A stretch of 62,357 nucleotides of DNA, counting the filler, from Basidiobolus ranarum (taxonomy: Eukaryota), in NCBI GenBank assembly GCA_040143965.1. It is 19 parts of 19 records of this genome, joined end to end, with 100 filler letters (N's around TTAATTAATTAA, not from the genome) between each part and the next. Parts side by side here need not be neighbours in the genome. Positions count along the whole stretch, not along the records: positions 39,503 to 42,685 come from JASJQH010002669.1; positions 42,786 to 45,966 come from JASJQH010002670.1; positions 46,067 to 49,246 come from JASJQH010002671.1; positions 49,347 to 52,525 come from JASJQH010002672.1; positions 52,626 to 55,803 come from JASJQH010002673.1; 14 more parts are not named here. One strand, given 5' to 3'. The notes under the pieces were generated by a model. That model was not told the origin of the DNA, did no database searches, and saw nothing but the letters and a program-made list of their open reading frames with translations. Position numbers and translations under genes: made by a program. This document shows, in pieces, positions 39,503 through 53,104 of this stretch. Every line of letters begins with the position of its first letter. Positions within the stretch are counted from its first letter, which is position 1.

Positions 39503-40913
39503 CTACGATATTTGAACATCTTGGCTGTGATTGGGACTAGAAGTGGCTGCTTTGTAGCTAGTTCCAGCTCCCCAGCTAACCTGGATTGCTTCCACGAGCT
39601 GATCACATTTTCCAAGCGATTCTTTTCGTTCTCCTCAGCCTTTTGCCTTGCGTCACTACTATTATTGGCTATAGGGTCGAATTGAAATAGAACATTCATG
39701 AAAATGAAATCTGCCGGATTGGTGTACAGTGGGCATGAATATCCAATGGTGCTGTAATATTCGACAGCCTTTTCTGTCTCGCCAAAGAAGGTAATCTGAT
39801 AATTAACCCAAAATAGTGTTGAGTATTTGAAAGGAATAATAGCCAATGTTGTATATGCATGTCACCATACCTGGCCATCTTTCATGATCATAACATCGTC
39901 GAACATATGGAAGATTTCTGAGGAAGGTTGGTGCATTACAGCAACCACTGTACGCCCGCTCTGTGCCAACACCTTCAATGTGTGTACCACCATGATAGCA
40001 GTGTAGGAATCCTGAAAAGGAAGTTATTCAAAATCAATGCCCCAGCCAAAATCTGATAACCAGAAAGACTTACCAAGCCTGAGGTTGGCTCGTCCAAGAA
40101 CAAGATAGATGGATCAGTGACCATCTCCATAGCAATAGCAGCACGCTTTCTCTCTCCACCTGCAAACAACTTCGTCAGAACAGACGACATGAATTCTGGG
40201 CTGCAATAAATGTTCTCATACCCGAAATTCCCTTCTTGGTCGCGGTACCGATAATAGTATCTGCAGCGTTCTCCAGCTGAAGTAATGACAAGATCTCATC
40301 CAGCTTCTCCCCTGCCGCTAATTCGTCCATGTTGGGAATACGAAGTTTGATGGACATGAGAATAGCCTCTCTCACCGTCATTGTTCCCAAAATCAAGTCA
40401 TCTTGGAATACAAATCCTGAGACTAGTCGTACCGCTGAACCACTAACTTTTCTCCCGTTGGCATATATGTTTCCACCTACCTTTCCGGAAGTGGTAGCAC
40501 CAGCCTAACAACAAGTGGAAATGGTTAGATAAACGCAATAGACAGCTTTTAAAAGCAAAGTCATTAGAAGGAGAGGGATACCAACCAATACATTCAAAAG
40601 ACTGGTCTTTCCGGAACCACTAGGACTAATAGAGGCGAACGAAATGCAATGGATTAGTAATTTATACTTAAACCTGAGACAGCAATCAAAGTAATCCAAA
40701 ATACCCCAAGATAGCAGTTAAACGACCAGGCTGAAAGACCCCAGTTAGCCCCTTAAGGATTACCTTCTCAGCTGTAGGCTTCTTGGCAAACATAGACTTC
40801 TTTTTGACATCAGAGGGAATCTGCACGGAGTAAGTAAGATTTTGGAAAGTTATCTGGATTGGTTCTGCCATGGTCTTGCGCACCATCCCAACCACACATT
40901 CTTCTTTCTCCAT
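39503..40913 (-). CDS. ABCG (White-like) half-transporter, multi-exon, 3'-truncated
   Basis: [29 protein letters not shown]...[32 protein letters not shown] introns. Confidence 0.9.
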
Positions 40914-42893
40914 AATGTATTGGGGATAAGATAAAACTACGCGAATAAAGAAACTAGCAGGGTAACGATGGCGATCAAAGGTTCAATTTGAATGGCATAA
41001 GCCTCTGTTAGTATGGAGGAGGCCTCTATCTTATATATAGCATGTGTGTTGACTGGTACAAAATTAATCAGATGAAAGCAAAATCTTGTTCCAATCATTC
41101 GACTCAATTACCATATGAATAAGCTTTGGTTGTACATACAACCCTATGATATTTCTATACAAGTCTAACTTCAAATTTATCTGGTACAAAAAAGGTGTCT
41201 GATAATGAATTCATTTTCAATATATCGCTCGTTGCCGGATAAATGGGCTTTCTTTCTGAGTAACTGTTTGGCTCGATTTATACCATACGAGTATCCCCAA
41301 TTTCATGACCTAGCACAGGGAGACGGTGGATCGAACTTTTCGATGGCTTTTTGCTGACCATCAGTATGCAATCTGAAGAAGTACGATATATCGAAGGTGG
41401 ACTACATATCAAGTTAACACTTGCTGACTTGCGTTGTACAACCGGGAATACGCTCCAAGTGGCTTGGTAGACCCACTTGTGAAACTACTTGGAAAATATT
41501 TTGAAACGCTTACCTATTGCTTTGGTTGTTGGTTAAGTCATTAATAACCAATCCAGATTGCCTTGCAGCGATCTGAATACCTTACATATTTCCAAATCAG
41601 GCCTCAATCTATCTATCCAAATTGCAACCAATCCAAAGAGAAAACGTCGATATGGAAATGGATTTCATGCCACTTCTGGGATGCTTGCTTCAAGCATTAC
41701 TATGCCCAAAATGAGTACAGTTTTAAACAAAAAAAACAGATACACTAGACGAAGGTCATTTGTTTGGTATAAATCACGACTTTATTGGTTAAAATGACAA
41801 CAACTCGGCAGCCTGACTGAGGCACCTAAAATACAAAATGGTGGTAAGCTTGATGAAAAGACTTATTCGAAAGTTATGGTTGTAAATGATATTCAGAGAG
41901 AAGATTATATATCATGTAGCGCTTGAAACGCATCAGTTTTTTGCACGATACTTAATAGGTTTTCATCATTAAAATGGGTGAAATGAGTGATGAGATTGTT
42001 TCTTACCTTACAGTTGCCCTTATATCCAAGGGTGAAATTGCGACAATGACTAGAGAGTGAAGAAGCTCCTGACGTCGCTATCTGATTATAAGCAATGGTA
42101 TATCACGTGAAATTAATGCTGGGGCATCTTTCAGGGGCGTGCTGTCATATTTGGTCATCACATAATGGATTTTGATACCAAATCCATCATAGACTTTTAG
42201 TATTGAAACTAATTCGCCTGTAGTACAAGCAGGTCCTTCTCTTGAATCAATAATAAATGCTCAGTGTGGAAACCTGTATACACATTCCTGTACAACAGCA
42301 AGGTGGCTTTCATTCCAAAAGCTGCATGCAAATCACATATTATTGAGATGTGTTCAAGTCTTCAAGTTTGAGGATATTTAGCTAATATTAATACAGTGTT
42401 TTAGCCTAAAATGAGACAATTTAAATTTAAAATTAGACGCTTCATAAAATATATGGGACGATTGCAAAAAAACTTTGAGACGAGTGAATGTAAAAAAAAT
42501 AGGCAGTGTCATTTTTTGTAGACGAAGCGCATTAATGTTAAAAGACTTGCACTGTATCTTGGATTAGTGTAGCAGTAACTACAAAGGATGGGTTGGTTTT
42601 TTAGTGGGTCGACTACTACTAGCTAATGAGACCCCCTTTCTTTTAGAGCTTGTGGAGGGAGCTGCCTTCAGTCTGCAAAATCGCTNNNNNNNNNNNNNNN
42701 NNNNNNNNNNNNNNNNNNNNNNNNNNNNNTTAATTAATTAANNNNNNNNNNNNNNNNNNNNNNNNNNNNNNNNNNNNNNNNNNNNCCCAGAGTTCTTCAA
42801 AGGGTGCATCACTGAAGTCAGAAAGCAGAGAAATGGCATGATTCTTAAGGAAGTAGGCAACATCATATGTTGGGGCTTGTCTCTTGATAGCAG

Positions 42894-43441
42894 CCTGACA
42901 AGCTCGTTACCGACGAGAGTGTTCATTGCTTTGTTGAGACCGAACATACTTCCCAACATGTAAAGAACACTGTTTACAAATTCCTTTTGTGTCTGATTAG
43001 GCAGGCGCTTTCCGGGCGCCTTTGTTCTCAATGCAAATTGCAATGTCTGTGCCACAGTTAATGTTGTATAGTGAATATCTTCTTCCATGACGTACATACT
43101 TTCTCCACGATATGCTTTAAACTCTTTTGCCGAAACATCACCATATGCGACTTCCCCAGTAACAGACTTATATTCTTTGGTTTTATTCGCCATTACTCTT
43201 AAGAATGTAGTACAGGCAGATCCCGGACAGCCAAGTACTAACAACATCTCACCATCTCTACAAAATCCAGTGATATCATGAAGTATATCAAAGTCAGCGC
43301 CGCGTTGTTTTTTGGAGAACCAATTTGCGGGGTTTAATCGTCTACCGATGACCTCGAATGGTGTAGTCAAATCAGAGATATGAGTAGCATCTGCGCCTTC
43401 ACCCACCACTGTTAAATTTTTGATATTCATAGTAGCAGATG
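42894..43441 (-). pseudogene. PDR-type ABC transporter NBD1 exon, apparently broken
   Basis: DGEMLLVLGCPGSACTTFL, EEDIHYTTLTVAQTLQFAL, NTLVGNELVR; the expected GxSGGERKR does not follow. Confidence 0.7.
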
Positions 43442-45777
43442 CTATTACGAGAAATGTATATAGCCAAGTAATAGGAAACAGTGGTATACTGCATATTGTA
43501 CTACACTAGTCGATTCTGATTGAACAATAAACGAAAATCAATGGCTACCTTCACGATTCGCAATACTGTAGCTCAATACAATACAAATGTATAACTGTAA
43601 CCGGACCAGGAGTTGATCCGTGAAGGCTAAGCAATAACCGTAATTTTCTTCAGTTTTACATTACTCTTTCAAATCTTATTTGGTTGTTTGGCGATTGGCA
43701 AAGTAAGGGCACAGTTGCAAACATTAACATGCGCAAATAAGAATTAGGGCTCAGTTCACCTATGAAACAGAAAGAGCAGATACGTTAATCATAGAAAAAA
43801 GGCATTGGCCTTAGCTAGTATAATTTCCGTCCGAAGCAGAGAGTTTACAAATAAACTTTAGCGTGTAACAGATGTTATCAGACTGTTATTCTAATGCAAT
43901 CCTAGATAGTATATAATGCTCTACTAGAGTATGAACATTGGTAGAGTGAAATAAAGACCCGACTTCTCAACATGAAGTACTATTCCGCTGAATGTCTTAC
44001 ACTACTGTAGTTGTTAAAGGGTGTATGTAACTCTGCCTATTAATATTTTGACACGAAATCGGCAAAAATTTAATTGTCCAATGAGCTTCAAAGTATAAAT
44101 ATGTTGATTCCAGAACTCTCTTTTGAAATGAGTTTCTTTGGACCTTAACCGAAAACACCCGATAATTCGGGCCCACAAGATCAAACACGCCTGCTGCTGA
44201 ACTAATGAGTGGAGCTAAACTTTGGAATGGATGGTGACAATATAACAGAGTAATCTGGTACACTTCAAGGTTTTTTCAGTTCCGGCTATTTTATTCCATA
44301 TCAAAAGCTATCTGAATCGGATTCGATGAGAGACGATTAATTATTTCGGATAATCAAACACGTGTGTACGACGGATGGTCTTTATGAGGAAAATATAGTC
44401 ATCATATTTGGTTTCACACTTCCCAATTTACAGAACTGACAGATTTTTAAGCTTTGATCTGCGGTTAAAATAATTTGGTCGTGGAAGGGACTCTTGCATC
44501 GAGAAGGTTTTCTCGTTGTATATACTACGCATCTTTTTGGAGATATTTTACAGAAAAATCTAAAGGAAAGATGTGAAACCATTGAATTTAAAACATGAGA
44601 TAACGCAAATTGTCCTGAATTTCAACAGTAGATTCGTTGCATTGTCGGTAAGAAATGCAGGATATCGACATCGAGTCGCATTGGCCATGCGTATAAGTAG
44701 AGTGTTTACTGATCAGTACAAATTTGGTACACCCTTACCCCATTATTGAATGCTGGACAGGTAGCCAATTTAGCAGTAAGGTTAAAATCGCGTTCCATAG
44801 TTGGTAAGTTGGTACATAATGAACACGGCTCATTATTATAAACCAAATCAGCAATCTCGGCTAAATTTATTTTTAGACAGAATCCAAACTTCTGAAGTCT
44901 TTTGAGAAATCCGAGAGTTGGAATTCAAGGATTGCGTGGATAAGGTCAAGGATATTCACAGTATGGTCTGAAATCGTACTCTACTAGCTCAGCAATATGG
45001 CTGACTTGAATGAACTGATAAGCAATAGCGCAAGTCAGCTTAGACCACCAATACCTCTTAATTTACGACTTCAACGATGTTGGTAAGTCATGAAAGTCGG
45101 ATGAAAAGTCATGTAGGAAAGTGGATACCAAAAGAGAAGATACTAAGATCGATTTAGTCCAATCTTTAAAAGCGGTATTGGATTCGATCAATTGAGCCAA
45201 TGTCCCTTTTTCAGTGAACAGATTATTATCCGTCTCTCGGCATTTTCAATGGGGTTAAAATCGTGGCAAGTATTGAGAAACAACAAGTAGTGTGATGCCC
45301 CTATTTAGTAGATATTCATCACGTATTTGTTCTTGTAGGTCTGCTAATCAGTTGTTGTGATGACTAAAGAGTGATAAAATTACTATTCAGGGATTTGTAT
45401 CAGTCCTGACTGTTTAAGGTATTGACTATTTTAGAATCAGTCCTCGTGAAATCGGGATTGCGATGTGACTGAATTTATATTCGGTAAGCAAATTGGGTAA
45501 GCCAAATGTCGGCATTGAAACAACAAATCGGCATAGCTGTATTGATCGTGCATCAAAATTAAGCTAACTTGTGTGTTGTGATGGATAGTATTGCTATCTA
45601 GTGAGGTTGGGCTATATAAGTCGAGGTAATACAACCCGAACTTATCATTATTTTTAGATATCTACTCTACTCTCCGCTTGAATAGCACATCTCAAGTCCC
45701 GAGAGTGTTGAATCGAGATTTTAATTTGACAGCAACCATAGACTTTAATCTCAGGGATCTAATAATAATTCTATATT

Positions 45778-45966
45778 ATGGAAGGCGAATCAGACAATCA
45801 AAGTCCATCTGAAAAGGACAAAAAGCAACTCCACGGGCTTTCTTCAAATGACTATAATGGCGGTGTCGATGAAATGACCATGGTTGAAAGTGGAGAAAGA
45901 GCTACTGGAGGGCAATGGGGCTACTGGTATGGGAAACAGAGTATGGTGCCAAGAAACCATGGGTAT
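45778..45966 (+). CDS. Possible 5' end of an unknown gene, truncated by contig end
   Basis: ATG-initiated frame open to the contig end; TATATAA near 45613; no recognised domain. Confidence 0.4.
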
Positions 45967-46082
45967 NNNNNNNNNNNNNNNNNNNNNNNNNNNNNNNNNN
46001 NNNNNNNNNNTTAATTAATTAANNNNNNNNNNNNNNNNNNNNNNNNNNNNNNNNNNNNNNNNNNNNAGGTGCAGCAATCACA

Positions 46083-46706
46083 CTACAATGGATAATAGGC
46101 AGGTGGACTGAGTATAGCCACGGTACTTAATATCACCGCAATCATGATATCGACGACCCAACTGACGATACAGAAGATGAAAGATACATCGTAGGAGGTA
46201 CCATAATAAAATTGGGTCGAATTATTATATAGATCAGCAATAAAAAACATGGAAACCATTTGACACATAGCTAAAATAGAGAAGGTTAGCATCTTCAAAG
46301 ACCTTTTAGTAGTTATTTACGGGACACACAGCCTACCATGAATAGTGAGGAGTAAAGTCACTAAACCCCAGCCTTTACTCTGCTGAGCATAGCTAGCGAA
46401 TATAAGTCCAAGTAATATAATAAAGATCATTCCACCAAGAAAGCCAGAAAAGGCCATACTGGCCTGGGCAACATGCCATTTTGTGCAGAAGTTGTATTCT
46501 GTACAATCCCCTTTTGTCGCATCAGGAAAAGATCTACAGTAACCCAATATATCACATTTTGTCCACAAACCGTAACTCTCATTTAGTTTGAAAGGATTCA
46601 AAGGTCGGACACGGAGCCAGGTGTTTTGGAATATAGAATATAAAGAGAATGCATAAGATATAGTGAAAAGCAGAGAGACTACTGCATAAGTACGAAGCGA
46701 AGTCAT
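46083..46706 (-). CDS. Claudin/PMP22-like four-TM membrane protein; exons 46706-46337 and 46270-46083
   Basis: W...YGLWTKC...C loop motif, four hydrophobic segments, YDVSFIFCIVSW; one GT-AG intron. Confidence 0.75.
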
Positions 46707-47008
46707 GTTAACAAGATATTTAATTGACGGAGAGTAATTTGAGTAGCAATCCTTAGAAGTAAAGAAAGAGTTACTAAATATGATTATATTTATGTTGAGA
46801 ATATTTTACCATGACATTATCTCGTGATTACCTGTGCTAGATAGCTTCACTGGAGGCATCACAGGCACTCTTGCTTTTAGGTATTTTGTGTATGGGTAAT
46901 TATGATACTAAGATTTGAATTATATTATATTATATATATTCTCTACTTGAAAATTATTATTATTTTTTAACTTTTTACTCTATAAACAGTGATTAGTGAA
47001 ATCTCGCA

Positions 47009-47896
47009 TTAATATTGATTTTCTTTTTCAAGTTTCTTTTCTAAAGCAGTTCTCATGAATCCTTGGACTTTGAGTGCAGCTGTGGAGCACATCTCCAAGC
47101 ATTGAAAGTATTCCTCCTCAGTGTATGAGCCAATAGATTCGGAAAACACGGCTCCCTGAGTAGCACTATCAAAGGCGAACGTATGAAGGGAGGAATGAGC
47201 GGCCTATCATTGGAACATATCATTAGTGAGGGAATTTACAACATAAACTTCATCACCATTTACCTCAAGTTCTTTGGTTGTGGGATCAATCACTAGGTCT
47301 CCATTTTCATCAATTAGGCAGGTAGAGGCAGAGACGATACTTTTGCTTGGTATTCCCGCATCGATCAAAGCCAAAGTTACAGCATTGATTGCAGTGGCGA
47401 GAACCTACAAGTCGTATTATCAACGAGATTGAGTTCTCGATTTAGTTTGCTTGTCATTGACTAGAAAATAAAATAGAAACTTACACAGCCATCGTCCCAT
47501 AATACTTGGGCATTCATTTGGATAAGAGTACGAGGATGTAAACCAGTAAGGATGGCTTTTTCAAAAGTGCGTCTAATCACCGCTTCATACTTCTTTTCTC
47601 TAGTGCTTGGTAAACCAACCATGGGTCGGAAAACCACTTCCAGAGTGGCTTTATCAAGTTGTTCCTGATTAATCTTCACTTCCATAGGTCCGTGAATACC
47701 ACAAAGTACTGCAGATTTTCCTATTGTATGAGAAAAAAACGAAAATGTTACAACGTGTCGATGGGTAAAACAAAATGGACTATTTCGTACCATGTTCGAA
47801 ACGAGCTGAACCATCAGCACGATTCAAAAGACCTTGGGAACAGTATAATGGACGGATTTCGTCACTTTTACGGCCATCCGGTCTAGTCAAAGTCAT
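47009..47896 (-). CDS. RRP46: Exosome complex component Rrp46/EXOSC5, four exons
   Basis: RPDGR...LLNRADGSARF, VLCGIHGPMEVK, HPRTLIQ...DDG, AINAVTLALIDAGIP. Confidence 0.9.
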
Positions 47897-48386
47897 TTTA
47901 CGTTTGGCAATAGAGATGTCAATCAAACAACCCGCTGAAAAATGGGTATGTATTTGTCGAACTCCAAGACTGTTTCTATCAATCTACATGCTAATCTTTT
48001 TTTCTTTTTCCCTGGCAATCAATTGGATTTGATGATGAAGATTTTAAGTGGATGGATTGTTTTTTAAGTGCTCAGGTTATATGTAATATTCCACGAACGC
48101 ACACAACTTACTCTGGATCAGAAATGTGTGTTTCGTGAATGTTCTTGAGAGTTGTTTCATTTGGCAATAATTAGATATTATAATACGGGTTAGAAGTTTT
48201 GTTCTACTTCGAACAATTACAATAATATGGATTTTATATGTACAGGCGTATGTTCCCAAAGAATCACAATCGATATCCAATAAACGTACTGGCTCATAAC
48301 TAACTGAGATTGACTGCACATAATCAAACCATGCAACAAAGTAAACAATTAGGATGGCCTTCGCAAGATAACCTGAATCTATCACT

Positions 48387-49246
48387 ATGTTAGCTTCTTC
48401 TGTATTTAACTTGAAAACCAAAACTGAATCATCTTCCAGACCATTTCGTTCAGAAGATAGTGTCACACCGATGAATAGAGGTGATTCCGTAGATATAAAC
48501 AGCTTTACCAATGCTGAGTCCGAACCTCAGGACATCTCAGCGCCCTTAGTATTCCAATGTAACGCGTGTCGTTCCATTGTTGGGGATTCTTATTCTTGGG
48601 TATGCGCCACTAAAGAACTCAATTCGGTGTCGTTATATGGTGAGAGATTATTTCACGTCTACTCTTTGAAGTTATTTTTGCTAACTGAAAGTTTGAAGGA
48701 AAAAGTGATCAGGTGCAACTCGGAGAGGAATTGTTAACTTCTAACTCTGGTTTTGACATTGGAAGGTTAATATGAAAGTTTTTTCACTGAAATTCAACTC
48801 GTTTCTTTCTAAACTCGTTTAAATAGCACCTACATACCTTTAACTTGTAGTTGTGATGTTATTCTCGGCAAAGTATACAAAACCACCCCACGCCTTTTAG
48901 ATAATGTTCGGTAGGTTTATACATAGATACCGGGGTGTTGGTAAGATTAATAAGCTAAACAAGTTACTTTGAAGGGATATGTACACGTTTATACTGGATT
49001 CTGTTACTTGGTATGTTTTTAGTATCTGACACTTATCCAAGAGAACCGCGATTAAATATGAGGCATAAACAGTTATGAGTTAGGCCGGAACCTCAAAGAA
49101 AATGAATATCCCGAAGAGCAGGCAGCTATCAATATTCCTGATGCCAGAACATTTCAGCTATCTATAGCCAAGGTATGTGGTGATTTTACGTATAGCAATA
49201 TCCTTTGCTTCTAACTGAACTAGAAATCATAGATTCAAAATTTGAT
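48387..49246 (+). CDS. MIS18: Mis18 (Yippee/Mis18 family) centromere protein, multi-exon, 3'-truncated
   Basis: PLVFQCNACRSIVGDS, TYIPLTCSC..ILGKVYKTTP.LLD.VR, DMYTF..DSV..YELG. Confidence 0.8.
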
Positions 49247-49587
49247 NNNNNNNNNNNNNNNNNNNNNNNNNNNNNNNNNNNNNNNNNNNNTTAATTAATT
49301 AANNNNNNNNNNNNNNNNNNNNNNNNNNNNNNNNNNNNNNNNNNNNTAGTTTATTCTTAAGAGTATATGGTGACTTATATAGTAGAAAAGTAAATCAATT
49401 GTTTGAGATATTCAGGAGTTTGTGTAATAAGATATAATAGATAAGTGGGGGTAATAATACATACTTGTTATATAGATATAGAGATATTCCTATTTAGAAC
49501 ATAGGGGCTATAGATATGTTGCTTTCTGTTTCTGATATATGTATCATAACTAAAGTTAACTATAATGTTCAACAAAGATTAATTATC

Positions 49588-50627
49588 CAGCAGAATACAT
49601 GGGTGCCTATGAAGCAACAAAAGAAGCAATATGGTTAAGAAAACTCTTAACAGATTTGAGTTATTCTCAAAATTCACCAACTGCAATATTTCAAGTTAAT
49701 CAAAGTTGTATCAAATTAGCTAAAAATCCCATGTTTCATAATAGAAGCAAACTCATAGATATTAAGCATCACTTCATTAGAGATACTATAGAAAACAATT
49801 TTATTGACTTAACTAATTGCTCTACTCAAGATATGATTGCTGATATATTAACCAAACCATTACCTAGACAGAAATTTGAGAAATTTAGACCTTTATTAGG
49901 ATTAGTTTATATGACTATTTGGTTGAGGGAGAGTGTTGAAATTGGATTTGCCTAAACCGCAATATAGTCATATATAGCTTGATACTTGGTTATCTTATAG
50001 TTCACTAAGATATTATCCATTATTCTCAATTGGAATTTACTTAGAATATTTTTTGCCAACTTAGAAGTTCTCAGATATATAGATTTTTCAAAGTTGTGCT
50101 AGATACCCCAAACTTTGCACACATGTTCCTGGGACCTTTCTTGACACATTATACACATTGGTCTGCTTACATCTTGACAAAACTATAAATGTCAACTTTT
50201 TACTCAATAAATCAATAAATGAAAACCACCAATTCCTCTAATTTTTCAAACCACTTCCAACAGGCTCCGAAACACTTTAACAGAAATTAGCATTGCCTAA
50301 ACACCTATATAGTCATATATAGCTTAGTACTTAGTTATCTTATATTGAACTAAGAAATTATCCATTAATCTCAATTGGAATTTACTTGGAATATTGACAC
50401 CAACTTAGAAGTTCTCAGATATGGAGATTTTTTCAAACTTGCGCTAGAAGTCCCAAACTCCGCACACATGCTCCTAGAACTTTTCTTAACACATTCTACA
50501 CGTTAGTTTGTTTACATCTGGACAAAACTATAAATGTCAACTTTTTACTCAATAAATCAATAAGTGAAACCCACCAATTTCTCTAATTCTCCAAACCACC
50601 TCCAACAGGCTCCAAAAAACTTTAACA
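49588..50627 (+). mobile_element. Copia RNase H end, PPT, LTR-A (49934-50282) and a second LTR-A (50283-50627)
   Basis: EAIWLRKLL...HNRSKLIDIKHHFIRD...MIADILTKPL; TGAGGGAGAG|TGTTG...TTTAACA. Confidence 0.92.
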
Positions 50628-51203
50628 GAATGAAAAGTAATGTCCAAAGTACTTGACATATTCAACATCATTTGGTAATATTAGTAAATATTTATGTATG
50701 ACCATTTGTAAATGCCCAATTCGTGAAATCAAAAAAGCCATGCAACTGATATAGTGCAAGTATGTGGAAATATCCAAGTTCAATATTTAAACCTTATATT
50801 CAATACCATTTGCCTTGGATGCGGAATTTGAAATTTTACTTTATCTGGTGAATTGCAGTAATGTATTGGCTTAAAATATTCCTTAGAGTTCAGAAGAGTG
50901 TTGCATGTAATGGCTTTGTAATAAACTGTGTGGTTTTAAATACTGACTGATCGTCAGGATGTTGTCGTGATCGTTATGGTGGATTATTTCCTAGACCCCG
51001 AATTTTGAAGGGATTTAATCTAATGTGTCAATGGGCCATTCTCCGATAATTCCATCTTCTAACTCAAACGTGGAGATTAATCTCAAACGAACAAAATAAA
51101 CGCATTCTTCTTTCCGTCCATTATAAGTATGGTTGTTGAGGATGCTAGTTATGAATAACTTATTGTATAATCGCTATACCTTTACCCGGTGAACCACTTC
51201 AAC

Positions 51204-52118
51204 ATGAAATATTCCGTATTGAATCTCTTAGTGGCTGGAATAATCTCTCTGTCTAGCACGGTGCATGGGCAGCAAGGCATCGATTTTCAGCAACTGGTGA
51301 CCATGACTCGTGGGCGACATATTGAGGTTATGCCCTCTGCCAAGGGATCGGATCCCTCAGAAATCATTATCATAGTCAAGGATCCCGCCTCTAGCACGGG
51401 CAACTCCAAGAAAATCTCAGATCCTCAAAACTCGGAAAGTCAAAATATTGACGGAAAAGATATCGCTCACAAAGGCTCTAATCGCAAGCCGGAAGCTGCT
51501 GATACATCGATGGACACTTGGTCCGATCCAAGTAGAGAAGGGAGAGGCCATGGTGAACAGGAGATGGGCAATCGCAACTCTATTAGTCCAGAGGACTGGA
51601 CCCATCAGAGCAACCATGATTTTGGAAATATCCCGTCCTCAATTTCGGATAAACCAACTGCTACTGCTTCGCCCTCCAGGTCCATTGATTCCTCAGAAGC
51701 AACCAAGACTAATATTAACTGGAATACAAGTACGCCTAGCTCGGAGTTAAAAACAGGCACTCCTAGGGATTTGGCTACTGAAAAACCGAATAGCTCATTC
51801 CAAATACCAGCCATCGCCACCATACCTCTTGAACCATCTATTATGCTTAGTGTGACCACAGCTAATACAAACAAACCAACAGCAACCCCTTCTTTGAGCA
51901 GTATCACCAGTGCTTCAGTGTCTGGGACGAAATCTATTTCGTTCTCCTTCTCAAGTTTGTCTTGGACCTTTTCCAGTGCCCCGACAGGAGCTCCAGATAA
52001 GCCTACTAATGGTCGCCCAGCAATAATTCCCACAGCTATCTCCGCAGCTTCTCATTGTCAGCTCACATATCTTGGCTCTCTGTCGCTTATAATTGGGGCT
52101 GGCTGGATTATACTGTGA
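51204..52118 (+). CDS. Secreted Ser/Thr/Pro-rich protein with putative GPI signal
   Basis: ATG at 51204 with hydrophobic signal peptide, S/T-rich body, SAA followed by a hydrophobic C-terminus; intronless. Confidence 0.75.
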   Translation: MKYSVLNLLVAGIISLSSTVHGQQGIDFQQLVTMTRGRHIEVMPSAKGSDPSEIIIIVKDPASSTGNSKKISDPQNSESQNIDGKDIAHKGSNRKPEAADTSMDTWSDPSREGRGHGEQEMGNRNSISPEDWTHQSNHDFGNIPSSISDKPTATASPSRSIDSSEATKTNINWNTSTPSSELKTGTPRDLATEKPNSSFQIPAIATIPLEPSIMLSVTTANTNKPTATPSLSSITSASVSGTKSISFSFSSLSWTFSSAPTGAPDKPTNGRPAIIPTAISAASHCQLTYLGSLSLIIGAGWIIL

Positions 52119-53104
52119 TGAAAGCACAGAGAAATAGCAGCTTTATAAAATTCTAACCAAACTCTTGATATCAATCAATCATCAACTTTTGTAGTATAAC
52201 TGAATTGTATCTCACTTACCCTTTGAATTTCACAATTGAATGCTTTATCAAACTCTTTCGAGATAGAGCCACTTTTATCCCTAGACTTGATGCCTTTTTA
52301 TTGAAAGAATAAATATACATATATATAGCGAACACCCCACAGTGATCCCTAACACTTAAATTAATAAAAAAACCACCATCACAGCTTCCGGCACTGTATC
52401 TTTAGATTTCAATTTAGTTTCATTGAGGGTGTCGCAAGGCCAGATAGCGATTGAAACCGTATGAACGACAGAAACATGTAGCTGAAGTAGACCCATGGAA
52501 GATACAAGCCCTGGACAGTACTGATNNNNNNNNNNNNNNNNNNNNNNNNNNNNNNNNNNNNNNNNNNNNTTAATTAATTAANNNNNNNNNNNNNNNNNNN
52601 NNNNNNNNNNNNNNNNNNNNNNNNNACCAATAAACTCGAGTTTCTAGGGTTTCCTGGTTAAGGGGGAGGGGCCGTAAATACATTTATGATGATTTTTATA
52701 GACTCAATTGGAAGGTGCATACAGAACCATATCTCAAAATATTCAAATCCATATTTCCCCAAGGGATGGGGATTCGTACCAGGCATTGCAATAAATGCCA
52801 TAATTATAATTATACCAGCCATTGCAATAACCACCATACTATTCCAGACATTGCTCAAAACGCTGAAGGAATTAATACATTAGCGGCATTGCCTATCCCA
52901 TCCCATCCAGCTTCACGTTTACATTACACGTTGACTACGGAAACACGTTTTAAACTCCTTAAAATATAATCTATATGCCACGTCTCACAATGACGCTGTT
53001 GACTAAACTAATTCGTCAAAGTGGTCGATCTAATGTCCAATGATAACTCATGTAGCCAGAGTGGCCGATTGATTGGTTGAGGCTTTCAATTTGACTAATA
53101 CAAA

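Noticed and set aside
39503..43441. Apparent cluster of two ABCG transporters
   Set aside because: They lie on different contigs separated by a spacer
51417..52033. Antisense and alternative-frame ORFs over the Ser/Thr-rich gene (likewise over the reductase and NOT2)
   Set aside because: Shadow frames of real coding sequence
52626..52969. Hydrophobic short ORFs at the start of contig 17
   Set aside because: No convincing motif, start or splice structure on either strand
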